Below, piece by piece: positions 41,771 to 53,968 of a stretch of DNA of 64,000 bases. The first letter of the stretch is position 1; each line of letters opens with the position of its first letter. The notes beneath the pieces are model-generated. The model worked only from the letters and a program-made list of their open reading frames with translations. It was not told the origin of the DNA and made no database searches. Source of the DNA: Ruditapes philippinarum. Lineage: Eukaryota. The DNA lies in assembly GCF_026571515.1 (NCBI RefSeq), contig NW_026854124.1, positions 558,001 through 622,000 on the forward strand. Direction: 5' to 3'. A program made the position numbers and the translations under genes.

Positions 41771-42297
41771 ACAACCTTAAATTGCGAACAAAATTTATTA
41801 GGAGAAAAGAGATGAAGCAGAAGATATATGTTTAAAATTTCGACCGAGGCTTCGTTTGAAAGATATAGTTTTATATTTGGATACAGAGAGTGTAACGAGA
41901 TTGTACAGAGATGTCTCGCTTGCCTTAATTCAGATAGGTTAAATGTTTGGTGAAATTGGATATGCGTAGCATTAAAATGTCAAGATTTGATTTTATTACA
42001 GTACATAGGAAGTGAACAAAATAACCTAAAATGTATTTAATCCAAAAGACATAAATAAGTGTTTAAGGTACTTTAATCAAGTCGTTTTTTAAAAATATTA
42101 TCTACATACTGATTCTATGATATTATTCATCAATAAAAAAGGAGTTGATAAGTGTTGACAAAATAGTGCTATAGATAAGTTTCGGTGAGTTATTTGTATA
42201 TATTTGTGTGCGTTTTACACATGATATGTGCAGTTTCAAAAACATGAAGATGTATTGCAAGCTAAATGAGGACTTGATGTTTTATTATATATTGTCT

Positions 42298-42462
42298 TTA
42301 ACACTTAATCTGCCGATGCAAGCTAAATATCTTAAATGGACAAAACCATTCATCATTATTTGGAAATTTTCGAAAAGTACTTAGTGAACAGCGAACGGAC
42401 GTGCCGGCTGATCTTGGCCTAGCAGCACTGATCGCGCGGTTATACAGCAGATTAAGAGTTTA
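42298..42462. mobile_element. MITE, about 165 bp, with ~16-bp TIRs
   Basis: Left TTAACACTTAATCTGC, right GCAGATTAAGAGTTTA. Internal AAATGGAC and GTGC.GG.TGA motifs are shared with the 32.0-kb copy. Confidence 0.7.
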
Positions 42463-44847
42463 TCTATTTGAACTAACATTTCTTATGTTGTAATTACATA
42501 AATTATAAATACATGAATATATGTAGTCATATCTACTCCTTCAGTAAGTTGTAATTTGACATCTTGCTACAAGTTGAGTCGATACTATAATGAATGATCT
42601 TAATATTTTAGTTAAACATATAAAAAAAAACATTGTGATGTCCCTATCTTTACTTACATATAAGATCATCTTTTATTTTTGTAACTACTTTTTCTATGTT
42701 AACAATTGTTAGGAAAAAATTGTAAGCTAAATATAAGTAATTTACAATAATAAAAATACAATGTACGTATGTTGCATTTTGTACATGCATTGATTGATTA
42801 TTTCTGTAACTTCTCTGATTTTCGGTAACTGGAAACAAATATAGGCTAAACATACTTTTATTCCAGGCATCATTGCATTTTATAAAAGTAACAATACACA
42901 TTTGTTGATACATTTTGCACGTGTCTTGATTGATTGGTTTTACTCAGAAATATGTGTTATTGCACTAGAGAATCACAAAGACAAACATTTTTGTTGTTTT
43001 TTTCTGACGCATATTGAAATATAATTTACATGGTAAATATAAAATTCACTATTGTAAATGATTATGAAAACCTTACCAATTACTTTTTTGCATGTACTAG
43101 ATTTGTTTTTGTTTTAATTAAATCTTTGATCTTCCAATATTAATTTAGTTGCCATTGGATACGGAATATGAATCACATATCAAACATTGTACTTTTAGAA
43201 AATAAAATAGAGTATTTGATATTTTAACCATAAATACATTTTTCAAACAAAGATGGTTGAATACATATAAAAGTGCACATTAAGCCGTGTTCAAACGAAA
43301 CCATTTCTGGGTTCACTATTTTTTAAAAAAAAAAGAAAATTCGAAAAGAAATCTTAATTTAAAACCGGATCAAACGCTGAAATTATGGCATATTTTCCAA
43401 CCACAATTTCTTTTCCAGTACACCACACCATAAAAATAAATCAGATCCTTAAACCCAAAAAAGTATACAAGTACTCATTCACAAAACCACTTTAATGACA
43501 TTTGTTAACCATTTGTGATCGCAAATATAAAAGTGCATGTACATTTGATTATCAAGTACGGAAATAATAAGAAACGTCTTTTTTGTATCAATTAAAGAGT
43601 AGTTCCTTTTCCAACTCGTTATAATCATTTCGATTGCGTAATGAACATTTCTAGTAAATGTTGGTGTTTTTTCTATGTTATCGGAAGTTGCATTTGCAAT
43701 ACTAAATAGACAAAAATCAATTTGATGGAGGGAACGAAATTAATTGATGAACAGTAACTAGCCACCGTTTCATCTAAGGATCACGCGATCACGGGCACTC
43801 ACATTGCATGCTACCTAAAAAGTACATTTAAAAACATTATTTACTGCTGTGCACATGAACATTTTTGCAAATGCCTTTTTCGAAAGAGGATGTGAATAAC
43901 GGACGAAAAACAAATCATGTAAAGGAAATTAAACATGATTCTATTTCCTACCGAGGAACATGTTAAAACGAAAGGTTGATTCGAAATTGCAAAAAAAATA
44001 CTTTTAAAAATATTTATTTAATCTTACTCTAACATGAAATTGTTGATAACTTTTTTAATGTCTTTTTTCTGTACGAATATTTGAATAACAAATGTTTGAA
44101 CACGGTTTACGGTGCACTTTTATATGCATTCATCTATGCTTTAAAAAAATATGGTTAAAATATTAAATACTCTTAATTTCTTTCTAAAAGTACAAATGTT
44201 AAAATTGCAGGCTAGTAAACATTTACAGGCATTAATTTCGAACAAAATGGTATTGAAAAGAACAGAAAGAAATATATACACATATACATATATATTTAAA
44301 TACTTTTCATTTGATATTGTAACGCAAGACGTATTCATTTAAAATGAGCACATTTTTTGATGTTACAATTTTCAACTATTATTATAGATTATTTTTGAAA
44401 AATAAGTTTAATATATATATTTTTAAATACCTGTTAAGTTACATTTACGTTTTTTCACCTCTGTATTCATTTTGATGGTCGCATTTGATTAACAAGTCTA
44501 TCGTTCACATGTTACTTGATTACGGAAAGTTACATGATATCAATTCAGCAGTCAAATCTGGTAGCTAATTCACCGCGAAAAAAACGCTTTTGTTGTGATA
44601 GCCGAACGAAAGGTGGGTTTTCATCGTATACGCATGCCGAATTGAAAACATCAAGCGACTTCTTTTATATACGAGTTGTCTCTTCAACGTAAACCTAGTT
44701 TCACTTCTGTTCTCGAGTGCTTAAGAGATTTGTTTATGTGTCAAAGAATTCAGTTATTTATGCGAATAGAATAGCTGGGAGAAAATTGATGCGAAAATCA
44801 TTGCTTTCGTTTTGCGGTGTGTATAATGTATAAACTCTAGACGTGTA

Positions 44848-44870
44848 TTTCTCTCTCTTCTTTTTTACAG
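44848..44870 (+). other. Splice acceptor (polypyrimidine tract + CAG) upstream of the Hox3 coding exon
   Basis: TTTCTCTCTCTTCTTTTTTACAG|CG, 105 nt before the first ATG; implies at least one upstream non-coding exon. Confidence 0.7.
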
Positions 44871-44906
44871 CGATCGGTAGAAAAGAGAGAAGCTGTGTTC
44901 CGGTCT

Positions 44907-44933
44907 CTGATTGGATAACCATTAATCACGTGA
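44907..44933 (+). promoter_or_regulatory. Hox3 proximal module: reverse CCAAT box, Pbx/Exd-Hox site, E-box
   Basis: CTGATTGG (44907-44914); CCATTAATCA = reverse complement of TGATTAATGG (44919-44928); overlapping palindrome TCACGTGA (44926-44933). Confidence 0.6.
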
Positions 44934-44936
44934 GTG

Positions 44937-44966
44937 ATGGGGAATAGAACAGTGGCAATGGATTGA
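44937..44966 (+). other. Upstream ORF MGNRTVAMD* in the Hox3 leader
   Basis: ATG 44937 (GTGATGG) and in-frame ATG 44958 (GCAATGG); TGA at 44964-44966; out of frame with Hox3. Confidence 0.5.
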
Positions 44967-44974
44967 GGGATAAT

Positions 44975-45470
44975 ATGTCAGTTTGTGAACAGAATGAAAT
45001 AAATTTTGGCAATCGAGACATGCAGAAAACAGGCTTCTATTATAGCCAACAACAACCGTTTAATTCTTATTATCCGTCAGAAAATGGATATTGTTATGAA
45101 AATATTCCAGCGAACGGTGGAAGTTACGGGGAGCCGAGTCCCTCGCCCCCGGGCGGAGATTACTTTCCCCAGGGGCAGTGTAATATACCCCCGGGCAGCA
45201 ATGCTGCTCCGAATGGTGACTTAAGTCCGAGTCGGTACGTGGATCAGTATTCTTCGAGATGTTTACAAAACATGAATTGTAACCAAAATTTGGACTCAAC
45301 AAGTCCAACGAATGGTGTTATGAAAAAGGAAATATACCCGTGGATGAAAGAGTCTCGACAGAACACTAAACGACAACAACAACAACAACAATCGCAGCAA
45401 CAGACGCAACAACAACAGCAACAGCCACAACAACCGCCTCAAAACTCACAACAACAACAAAATCTTGGAG
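44975..45470 (+). CDS. Hox3: Hox paralog group 3 protein, first coding exon (N-terminus, hexapeptide, Gln-rich linker); partial CDS, homeobox exon not found in window
   Basis: Translation MSVCEQNEINFGNRD-MQKTGFYY...KKEIYPWMKESRQNTKR-QQQ. MQK..YY and (F/Y)PWMKESRQN are PG3 signatures (vertebrate HOX3: MQKATYY, IFPWMKESRQN). First in-frame ATG is at 44975 and the conserved MQK ATG at 45020; the ORF-track start at 44963 is a TTG. Donor GAG|GTAAGG follows 45470 (496 nt from 44975, phase 1). Confidence 0.93.
45374..45460 (+). repeat. CAA/CAG-rich coding repeat (22 Gln in 29 residues)
   Basis: QQQQQQSQQQTQQQQQQPQQPPQNSQQQQ directly after YPWMKESRQNTKR. Confidence 0.95.
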
Positions 45471-46537
45471 GTAAGGCTTTTTTAATTTTGAATACTCATA
45501 TTTCTTCCTTGCTTGATGTTCAGCTATAAATCACTTTTCTTCGCCAGTAGCAGTTTAATTTAGGTTAGATCTATCACCTTTTATATTTATTTTACCGACT
45601 ATTAATGTCAAAAACGATGTATGCGGAAAATTTATAGCCGAGAGAAGCTTTTGTTAAAAATTAGGATATGTCTTAAAGCTTGACTGAAAACTGTTGTTCA
45701 GCGGCATATTAGTTACAATTTTATTTTCCTTCTTGCGTTGTTTATGTACAAGCGAGATTTATTTGTCCGACGAACGTTGGTCGCAAAAATTTGTCATTAA
45801 AGTAAATATTAAGAACATGTTGCAATTTTGCATTACAAATAATATAATGCATAATCATATTTAGGTAAATAACTTGTACATTTATTACATGTAAAATAAT
45901 TGTTCACAAAAAACATAGGATAATATATGTTGTCGTCTCCTAGGTATTGAAACCTAATTCTCGGATTAAGTCGCGGTAAAATGAAACTTAATTGCCGCTA
46001 TAAAAGAGAGGTCAAAAAATAAACAATCTTCATATGTATGATTTCGTAATTTAAGTACGGTCAACGCATAAATATATTACGATTAAGGATATTTTATCAT
46101 TTGATATGACGTACTCTAACTAAAGATAAAAAAATTTGATACCTATAATTTCATATTTTTATGAGTTAAAATTTTCTAAAAATATTACTTTAAATTGATA
46201 TAGTATTTTTCTTTTCTTTTTATAAACATTTATGTGTAATTGGTAAGTCCTTTGATTAATGTATAATTGTTAAACTTATCATTTATATATAATTTGTTAT
46301 TCTCTTAATGTATAATCATTAAACTTTATGATAATACTTTTTAATTCAAATTTAATTATTAATTTTTAACATTAAAAAATATATATAATTAGGTAATTAT
46401 CATTAATTATTTTTTACATGATTTTGTCATTTGCATTGTTGTCTTATTTATAGAAACTACTTTTATATACCATGATATTTATTATCAGGTAATATTTGAA
46501 AAGAGAACGGAGCTTAAAATGCATGATGATAATGTAA

Positions 46538-46573
46538 ATGATGATGATGATGATGATGATGCTGATGATGATG
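46538..46573. repeat. (ATG)n microsatellite, one interruption
   Basis: Direct reading. Confidence 0.9.
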
Positions 46574-49500
46574 AATAAAATAATACTGATTTGAATACTA
46601 CATTATTTAAAATGTACAAAAAACATGTTCTATAGTAAATGGCTTAAGTATTATTTTATTAATGCATTAAATACATAAAAAATATGTTAATGTCTGCGTT
46701 GTGGTACAAAGATGATAATGATAATGATGACGATTTTTACAACGGGAATATTTTTTTAATTCGTGAAATTATAGTGATTATATATTATTAAAAAAAACAA
46801 TGCAATTAATCATAATGATGTTTTCAAAATCATTTTATTAGATATATTTAAACTTTTTAAATGATAATTAGTAATTAAATCAATATAGAATAAATATGAT
46901 TAATATAATAACGCTATCCCCATCATTGAAAGCTGCATCCACGTTATCACATCGTTTTGAAAGATAATTAAAAAAATAAATTATCATAATATCAATACTT
47001 TGTATAATTTATGAAAATAAGCTGCGTCATAAATGATTTCACATTCGTAAAACTTTCAACACGCCAGCAAAAAAATAAAATAAAAACAGAGATAACCTCT
47101 GTGATAAATCCATCTTGAAAGAATTTCAATGTGTTTTAAATGGCGTTAAAAATCGCAACTCTAAAGAAAAACTAATGGCAATTACGTTTACACACAAATT
47201 TAAAATTGCATAAATTGCATTTTACAGCGAAAGCGTTGCGAATAAATACATTTGAAATTTGTAAAATTTGAACCATCTTTAGGGAGAAGAAAAAAACGCG
47301 CAATTTGGCACTTTTATGACATACTGAATTAGCAGACGACTTTGTTTCGGTTCTTTACATCACAGACCTTTTTTTCGGAGAATCCCATCACTTCTGGTAA
47401 ACGCATTTGGACTTTCATAAAGAGTAGTTTAACGCGTAATAATCTGAAAAAGAAAGAGAATATACCCAGTTGTTATATATTATAAGAAAATTTTGAAAAT
47501 TTATGAATTAGCGGAAAATTGAATTTCAAGAAATTTGGCATATGATTGAAACAGAACTTGTTTCTTTTTTAATATAAATTCTAAACCGTAAATATGATTT
47601 AAAAACATTGATTCCGAATTGTATTGAAATAGTATTATATTAAAATTAATTTAACACAATTAAACAAGAACATTATTTTTCTAACAAATGAAAGTGTGTC
47701 TTACGCCAACACTCGGATGTCTGGACTAATACAATTATTTGAATTCAATTCAATTTTAAGGCATGGAAAAAAACTCAGAAAGTATATCACATTCCTAAAG
47801 CGGACCATTTTCATGCCCTGGAAAACAGTACATCTTGTTCGAGACTTGTACAATATATAATAATGTATACGAAAACATAAATAAAATATATATATTTCAA
47901 GTCGCAATGATATACTTTCATAAAACAAAAGATGAATTTTACATGTATTTAATCTGTTTTCGGACAAATGAATTTTCTACAACCTGAAGAAAACGACAGA
48001 AATAACTTTCTTAAAAGTATTATTCTTTAATATAGTTTTAATAAATTAAGTTAGTTATAATTGTGAAGCAAGAGTATGCCCAATATTGTTTGAAGTAATG
48101 TTTAATTTCTACTGTCAGTCATGTTTACTAATATGTCTTTAGCATGTTGTTGTTTTTGTTTCTAGTTTAATCTGAATGATTTATAGCTTTTATAATGAAA
48201 CCACTTAAGATATCAAAATCAAGTATTGTTCATTCTCTTAGGCATCTATCTAATTAATGCATTTTACTCGTTGCGAACCTGAACGTAGCAAAAGGAAATT
48301 AAATTTGTATCTCGGTGATAGATATTTTTAAAGTTCCTTTAAGATTGTCTTCTTCAATGAAAATATGCTGATAATTGAATGTTGCAAGCGAATTATTTGG
48401 TACCTTTAATTGTTATGTATTTTAAATCGTGTTCTAATTGAAATTTAAACGTTTAATCGTTAAAATCTAATAAACATTTTGAACAAATGATTTTTTTGAT
48501 AATGTGCACAATTAAGAAAAAAAATTAAATACTAGAACATTTAAGTTATTTATAACCATGTTATGAAATGAGTTTAACGAATTACAACAGCTCGAAGTAA
48601 TCTTCATATTTTTTTCACACCCAGTTATGAAAACATAACGAAAAAAATATCATTTGTCATGCGTATCACATTACAACTTTTCAATCTGATATTTTGAAAA
48701 TACAAATTTCGAACATGGCACCAGAGATATTGAGTCGCCACTAGACCTCTTTGTCTAGCATACCGGAATATTTCTTTTGATCGCTGTCTACCATTTACCT
48801 TATTCATATCCGAGCTGTCGACCCGACTGAAGCTTATATTAAACTACCGAAGCTAGATTTATGTGAAAATTATTCAAGGTTTTTATTCGCCATCAACCAA
48901 ATATTTGGAGTTGTTAATGAGAAAAAATGTTATCAAATGCTCGTTTCTCCGTGTATTGGGGGAGGCTTTGCCAAGTCACCGAGAAATCAAACAACTCGCT
49001 CTTTTCCGGACTAAATATCTTTACGTTGAATCAACAAACGAATAATTTCTTATATTTCATATATGATGAATACGGAAAAAGCCGCAAAAATACAACGATA
49101 TTTGATATGTCAGACCTTTTAGATTTTTGCTAGATAAATAGAGAATTAATCAATGATCACACAATGATAGGTCTCTTATCAAATTCAAGTCGTCAGATCT
49201 GCCAAAATTTTCACTGTCAAATATATGAAAGAAACAACAATGATTGCCATTTTATAAAAATGCGATTGGCGACATCGAGACATCCGCATTAAGACAAAGT
49301 CTGTGTAGAGAATGGGCCCGTGATCTGATATGCAAATTAGCAAAAATTAACATACGACGTTTTTCTATGTAACAAGCGGTGTTAAAAAAATAAACATTGC
49401 CAACACCTCAACGGTTATCTCCCTTAAATGTTGATATATTATATATGTTTAAAATATTTGAATTATTTTGAATTATTATTAATGATTTAAGAGGAAATAA

Positions 49501-51147
49501 TAAGAATTAGAAGATGGATCATCAGCAATGTGAAGAGCCTTAAATAGTTGAAAATTGCACACTCAATTTTATACAGTCATGTTCCTGAGTGACAATAACA
49601 TATGCAATATCTTTAAAGCACCCTAGCACCGTCTCGAGCAATATTTAGTCTTTAACGATACAATATTATGTAATAATATATCTATGCATTTGATCAGTTA
49701 TAGAAAATGAAAAACGAAAATTTGAATGTTAATATAAGGGACATAATTGAGTTCATGGGCTCTAAATTTAACCAACAATGTGCAGCATGGGTGATAAGTT
49801 ATAGGACCCTCTTGGAGATGCCCAGGAAAATCATTATCAAGAGTTATATTTTCAAACTTCCAAACTAAGATGAGCTATACAATTTGATTAACTTGACAAA
49901 ACAAAGGAATGAAATAGAAAGAACAAAAAAAAATTAAACTTCGTCACATAAAACAAAGCTTGGTGTATTTTTTCTAATACTGTTTAACATATACCTTTTT
50001 ATTCTCCATGAAACTTTTGAATATCTTTATATTTATCACTGCATACTTTAAAATTGTGACTTCAAAATGTCATTGTTAAACAAATGAAGAAAATAAACTA
50101 ATATAAAAAATAAAAACAACTTTTAACCGACGAGGATGAATTTCATTTGAAGCCTTATAAATAGATAACTTTTAAGTCTGCATATAACAAATATATATAT
50201 ATATATATCATTTCACCTACAGCCTAATAGAATACGAACAAATTAAATATGCGATAAAGGTATAGATTGTTTGACAATGTACCTAGAAATAATGAATGCA
50301 TGCATCATCGTATACTGTTTTAGTGATCAAAAAATGCATACAATTTCTAGTTCGACATTAAATTTTAATAGATGAATAAGCAATGCAATCTTTACTGAAC
50401 TTATAGCTTATAAGTATGAGTTATTAAAGTTACATTATTACTTGGAAACGAATATATTCTTTTTTTATCGTTTAAATAATGGATTTAGAGCCTATAAGAT
50501 ACTTGTTACCCGAAGAAAGTTGCACTGAATGTGAAATAATTTGTCATAAAAGTTGCAAAAATGTAAACAAAGTAACGTTTTGACTTCTATACAGAATATT
50601 AAACAGTACTAAATGTAAAAATGCAACAGAAGGAAAAGATGGTTCAGTTAATTGACCAATGAGTAACTTTTTGAAAACTATAACAGTATTAAAAAGTTTG
50701 TATGAAATAGAAATAAATTTTCTTTTCTGAGGTATAACGGCTGTTTAATGTAAGTTTAACAGTATTTTGTTTTTATCTCTATGTAGCTATTGTACCAATT
50801 TAATGTTCGAAAGCAAAGACAACGATGTCATCAGTGAAATATACTAACTCAGTATAATTGGATGAACTGAAAAATGCAGGGCAGCCCATACCCCCTGGCA
50901 CCGGTTAAAACATAACTCAATTTGTATAAATATCTCGGTATTTATGAGATATCACACAAAATTAATATACAATTCTGAATATATAACTGTTAAAGTGTCT
51001 GGATTTGTGATATTTCATATGCTAAAGTCTGTATAATAATATTATTTTGATAGTGAAATATTATTTTGATAGTGACAATATCAAAGTTGCATGTATTTTG
51101 TTTTTATTATGTAAAGTTAAATTGTAAACTTAATACAGTCAAGTAAT

Positions 51148-51342
51148 CAGTTTCGGTACAGGACCAGTTCCGGTTTCTTTAATGCCGTTTTCATTAAAAT
51201 AGTTCTGACATTTGATTTTTTGTTGATAATATACTGCAATATATGTCTAACCATTTGTTGGCAGCTCATTTCAGTATGTATTGCTGGTTTTCTAGGGAAA
51301 AAAGACATTGAATGAGTCGGAACAGGTCCGGTGCCGAAACTG
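51148..51342. mobile_element. MITE-like element with 24-bp GC-rich inverted repeats, in the Hox3 intron
   Basis: CAGTTTCGGTACAGGACCAGTTCC (51148-51171) versus the reverse complement of 51319-51342, CAGTTTCGGCACCGGACCTGTTCC: 21/24 identical. Confidence 0.7.
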
Positions 51343-53258
51343 GACCACTGATAGTAATACAGTCTAATTGATATATTGTATTTTAAGATAAGTTGTTTAT
51401 TTAAGTTTAGGTAAACTCTCGTCCAATATATACACACATTTATATTCTACTATATATTTGTTCGGGTATAATACAAAAATGAGAAGAGCAAAGTTTCTGG
51501 AGCAATGGCGTATCTCACGCATATTTTAACTGTTAAACCGTGCCATTAAAGTATATGAACGCTGTAATATAATTTATGATATTGCAAATGACAATTTGAA
51601 AGCTGGGGTATCTTAGATATTGACACAAGCTAACTATGTGTCTTTGTCGAGCTAATTATATGACATTTTAACAGCAAATAAAACATTATAAAGGGAAGTT
51701 TATTTACTGATACATCATTGCATGCATAACACAATGTACATGTAATGATTGTTAGAAACATAAATAATTGACTATTTTGATGTGTTTGTTTGTATATGTG
51801 AATACTGTAAATGTCTATTGATCTTGATGTGCGTGTGTTTGTATATTTGATCATAAAGGTTCTTGGCAAGACTACACAAACAAACAAAAACCATACGAAA
51901 ATAAGAATATTTTAATTCCTCTTTGAATTGGACCATGACAAATACTAATTAAGTCACACTTTACAGCTCCATTATCGAAAGTGTAGCCGCCATGAACGAC
52001 AACACGACATTTACCTGGACCAAAACACGACTGAAAATCTGGTCACGTGCGGTCTTTGATAAAAACTGAATTAGTATTTCAATATCTTCTGCAGGGTTTT
52101 TGACGTCAGTTTGTTTAAGAATTATCCAGAGAATATGTATGTTTAGTAATATATGTTCGTTATGGAGAAGATTTCGCATTTTAAACGTAATATCTTCATG
52201 TGTGACCACAAGGGTATAGCATTTTCGCTATTTGCAACGTTAAAGGTAAAATCTTCGATTTGAATATATTCCAATAATAATATGAAACAACAGATGAATT
52301 AAAACAATCAAATTTTCTTTTATCTAACCTTTTAGTAAATTACTGTTTTCCCTTTTTGCAAATAAATAACATAACATTTGGCATGTAAAAGGAAGGATCT
52401 TTTAATCTTCTAAGTTGAATCGCACGATATTAATAAAAGCACGTGTTTTTCTTAAATATCAGTAGAAAATCAGAATGAATGCATATTTTAAAATTTCCTT
52501 GCTTCGATGAACGATACTAGAGTGTCTAAATAAAACATTAATAACATATTTCTTTGTCATTAATATCTGAGTTCTGTTTCATTAGTAACATATCTGTAAA
52601 GGAAGAGAGTATAACAAAGAGCGTTCATTAAAACAAATCACGGAAATATCACGTGCTATCTTTAAAGGCTATGACGAAATGACACTTCTGACTATTAGTA
52701 CAATACGCGCGATATGGTTTTTATTGCCAAGATAGCGAATTTATTTCATTCGTATTAGGTAAAAGTTTTGTCTTGGATAACAGCAAAATCTTATAGAATA
52801 CTCATGTGCCTTTCATACTTTACAGCTCTTTTAAAATAATATCCCAAATTTTCATTCCATATTCTTACAAGCATAAACAAATAATGGTCCATTGTCCTAT
52901 TGTATCATCGTCTATTTCTATTTCTGATTTTGCAAAATTTTAATATCTGCTTCCAAAGTGATGTTAACTATCAATTTATGTTGTATATTGCCCCCCCCCC
53001 CCCCTACAAAGCAGCATTAATTGTTTATATTGGGAACGACAGAGTCAAATTATTTGCCTATGTTAATCATTTAAAATTTTTAATTTGCAGTACCTTTTTC
53101 TCTTTCAACTACAAGTAATTTTGGGTTGGTACATATTGTTAGAAACAGGTGTACTGTATGTTACCAATGTATGCATGTTAGGCGGGTTACGAAAAAAGCA
53201 TATCGCACTTAAATAATATTTTTTTAATCTAATGTCGCATGAGTTAATTATTATGGAC

Positions 53259-53508
53259 TTGCAATGCTATAAAATCTGTGTAAGATATTGCAATGCTTGG
53301 AAATTCTGTGTAAGCCAATGCAATGCTTAAAAATTCTCTGTAGGACATTGCAATATTTGAAAATTCTGTGTAAGCCATTGCAATACTTGTAAATTATGTG
53401 TGTGTTACTTGAAAATCCTGAGTAAGCCATTGCAATACTTAAAAGTTCTCTGTAAGACATTTCAATGCTTAAAAAGTCTGTGTACGACATGAAAATGCTG
53501 TAAGCCAT
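53259..53508. repeat. 30-bp minisatellite, about 8 copies
   Basis: Consensus approximately TTGCAATGCTTGAAAATTCTGTGTAAGCCA. Confidence 0.9.
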
Positions 53509-53784
53509 GTTTTGCAGATGTATACATTGAAAATAGTTAAATGAAATTAATATATATTTAATGAAGGTCATTTTTATGAATATATGAATTTTAAGATCAT
53601 ATTGCATTGTTCTATTCTTACTAAATGTTACTTGGTATGATCAAGTTAATTTGAATATATGTGATTCTTTTAAATAAGAAAGACTTATTTGTGCAATGGA
53701 GATTGAGGAAAATGTTGTCATCTCATTTATATTTTACAATCCATGTCACGGTTATATATATATAAATAAATATATAATGTATAT

Positions 53785-53968
53785 ATAGTTCACACCCTAT
53801 GTGACAGTATTTCAAATATTCATATTTCACAATTTTTGTTACAGTATTTCAACTATTTATAGTTCACAAATCTATGTTATAGCATTATAACTATTTCAAG
53901 TTTTAAAATCAATGTTAATATAATTCATTCATTTAGAATTCACAATCCAAGTTACAGTTTCAATTTTT
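53785..53968. repeat. Degenerate ~37-bp minisatellite, about 5 copies
   Basis: Recurring TTCACA...TGTTACAG..TTTCAA.TATT units. Confidence 0.65.

Noticed and set aside
372-44342. The many 60-120 aa ORFs in the track upstream of Hox3
   Set aside because: Composition (rich in F/I/L/K/N/Y) mirrors AT-rich non-coding DNA, many start at non-ATG codons, and none has a recognisable domain.
45006-45308. ORFs 45006-45224 (+) and 45060-45308 (-)
   Set aside because: Alternative-frame and antisense shadows of the GC-richer Hox3 exon.
45471-45529. ORF continuation GKAFLILN...VQL*
   Set aside because: Read-through past a consensus splice donor into the intron.
53251-53607. 118-aa ORF with a periodic pattern
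   Set aside because: Translation of the 30-bp minisatellite.
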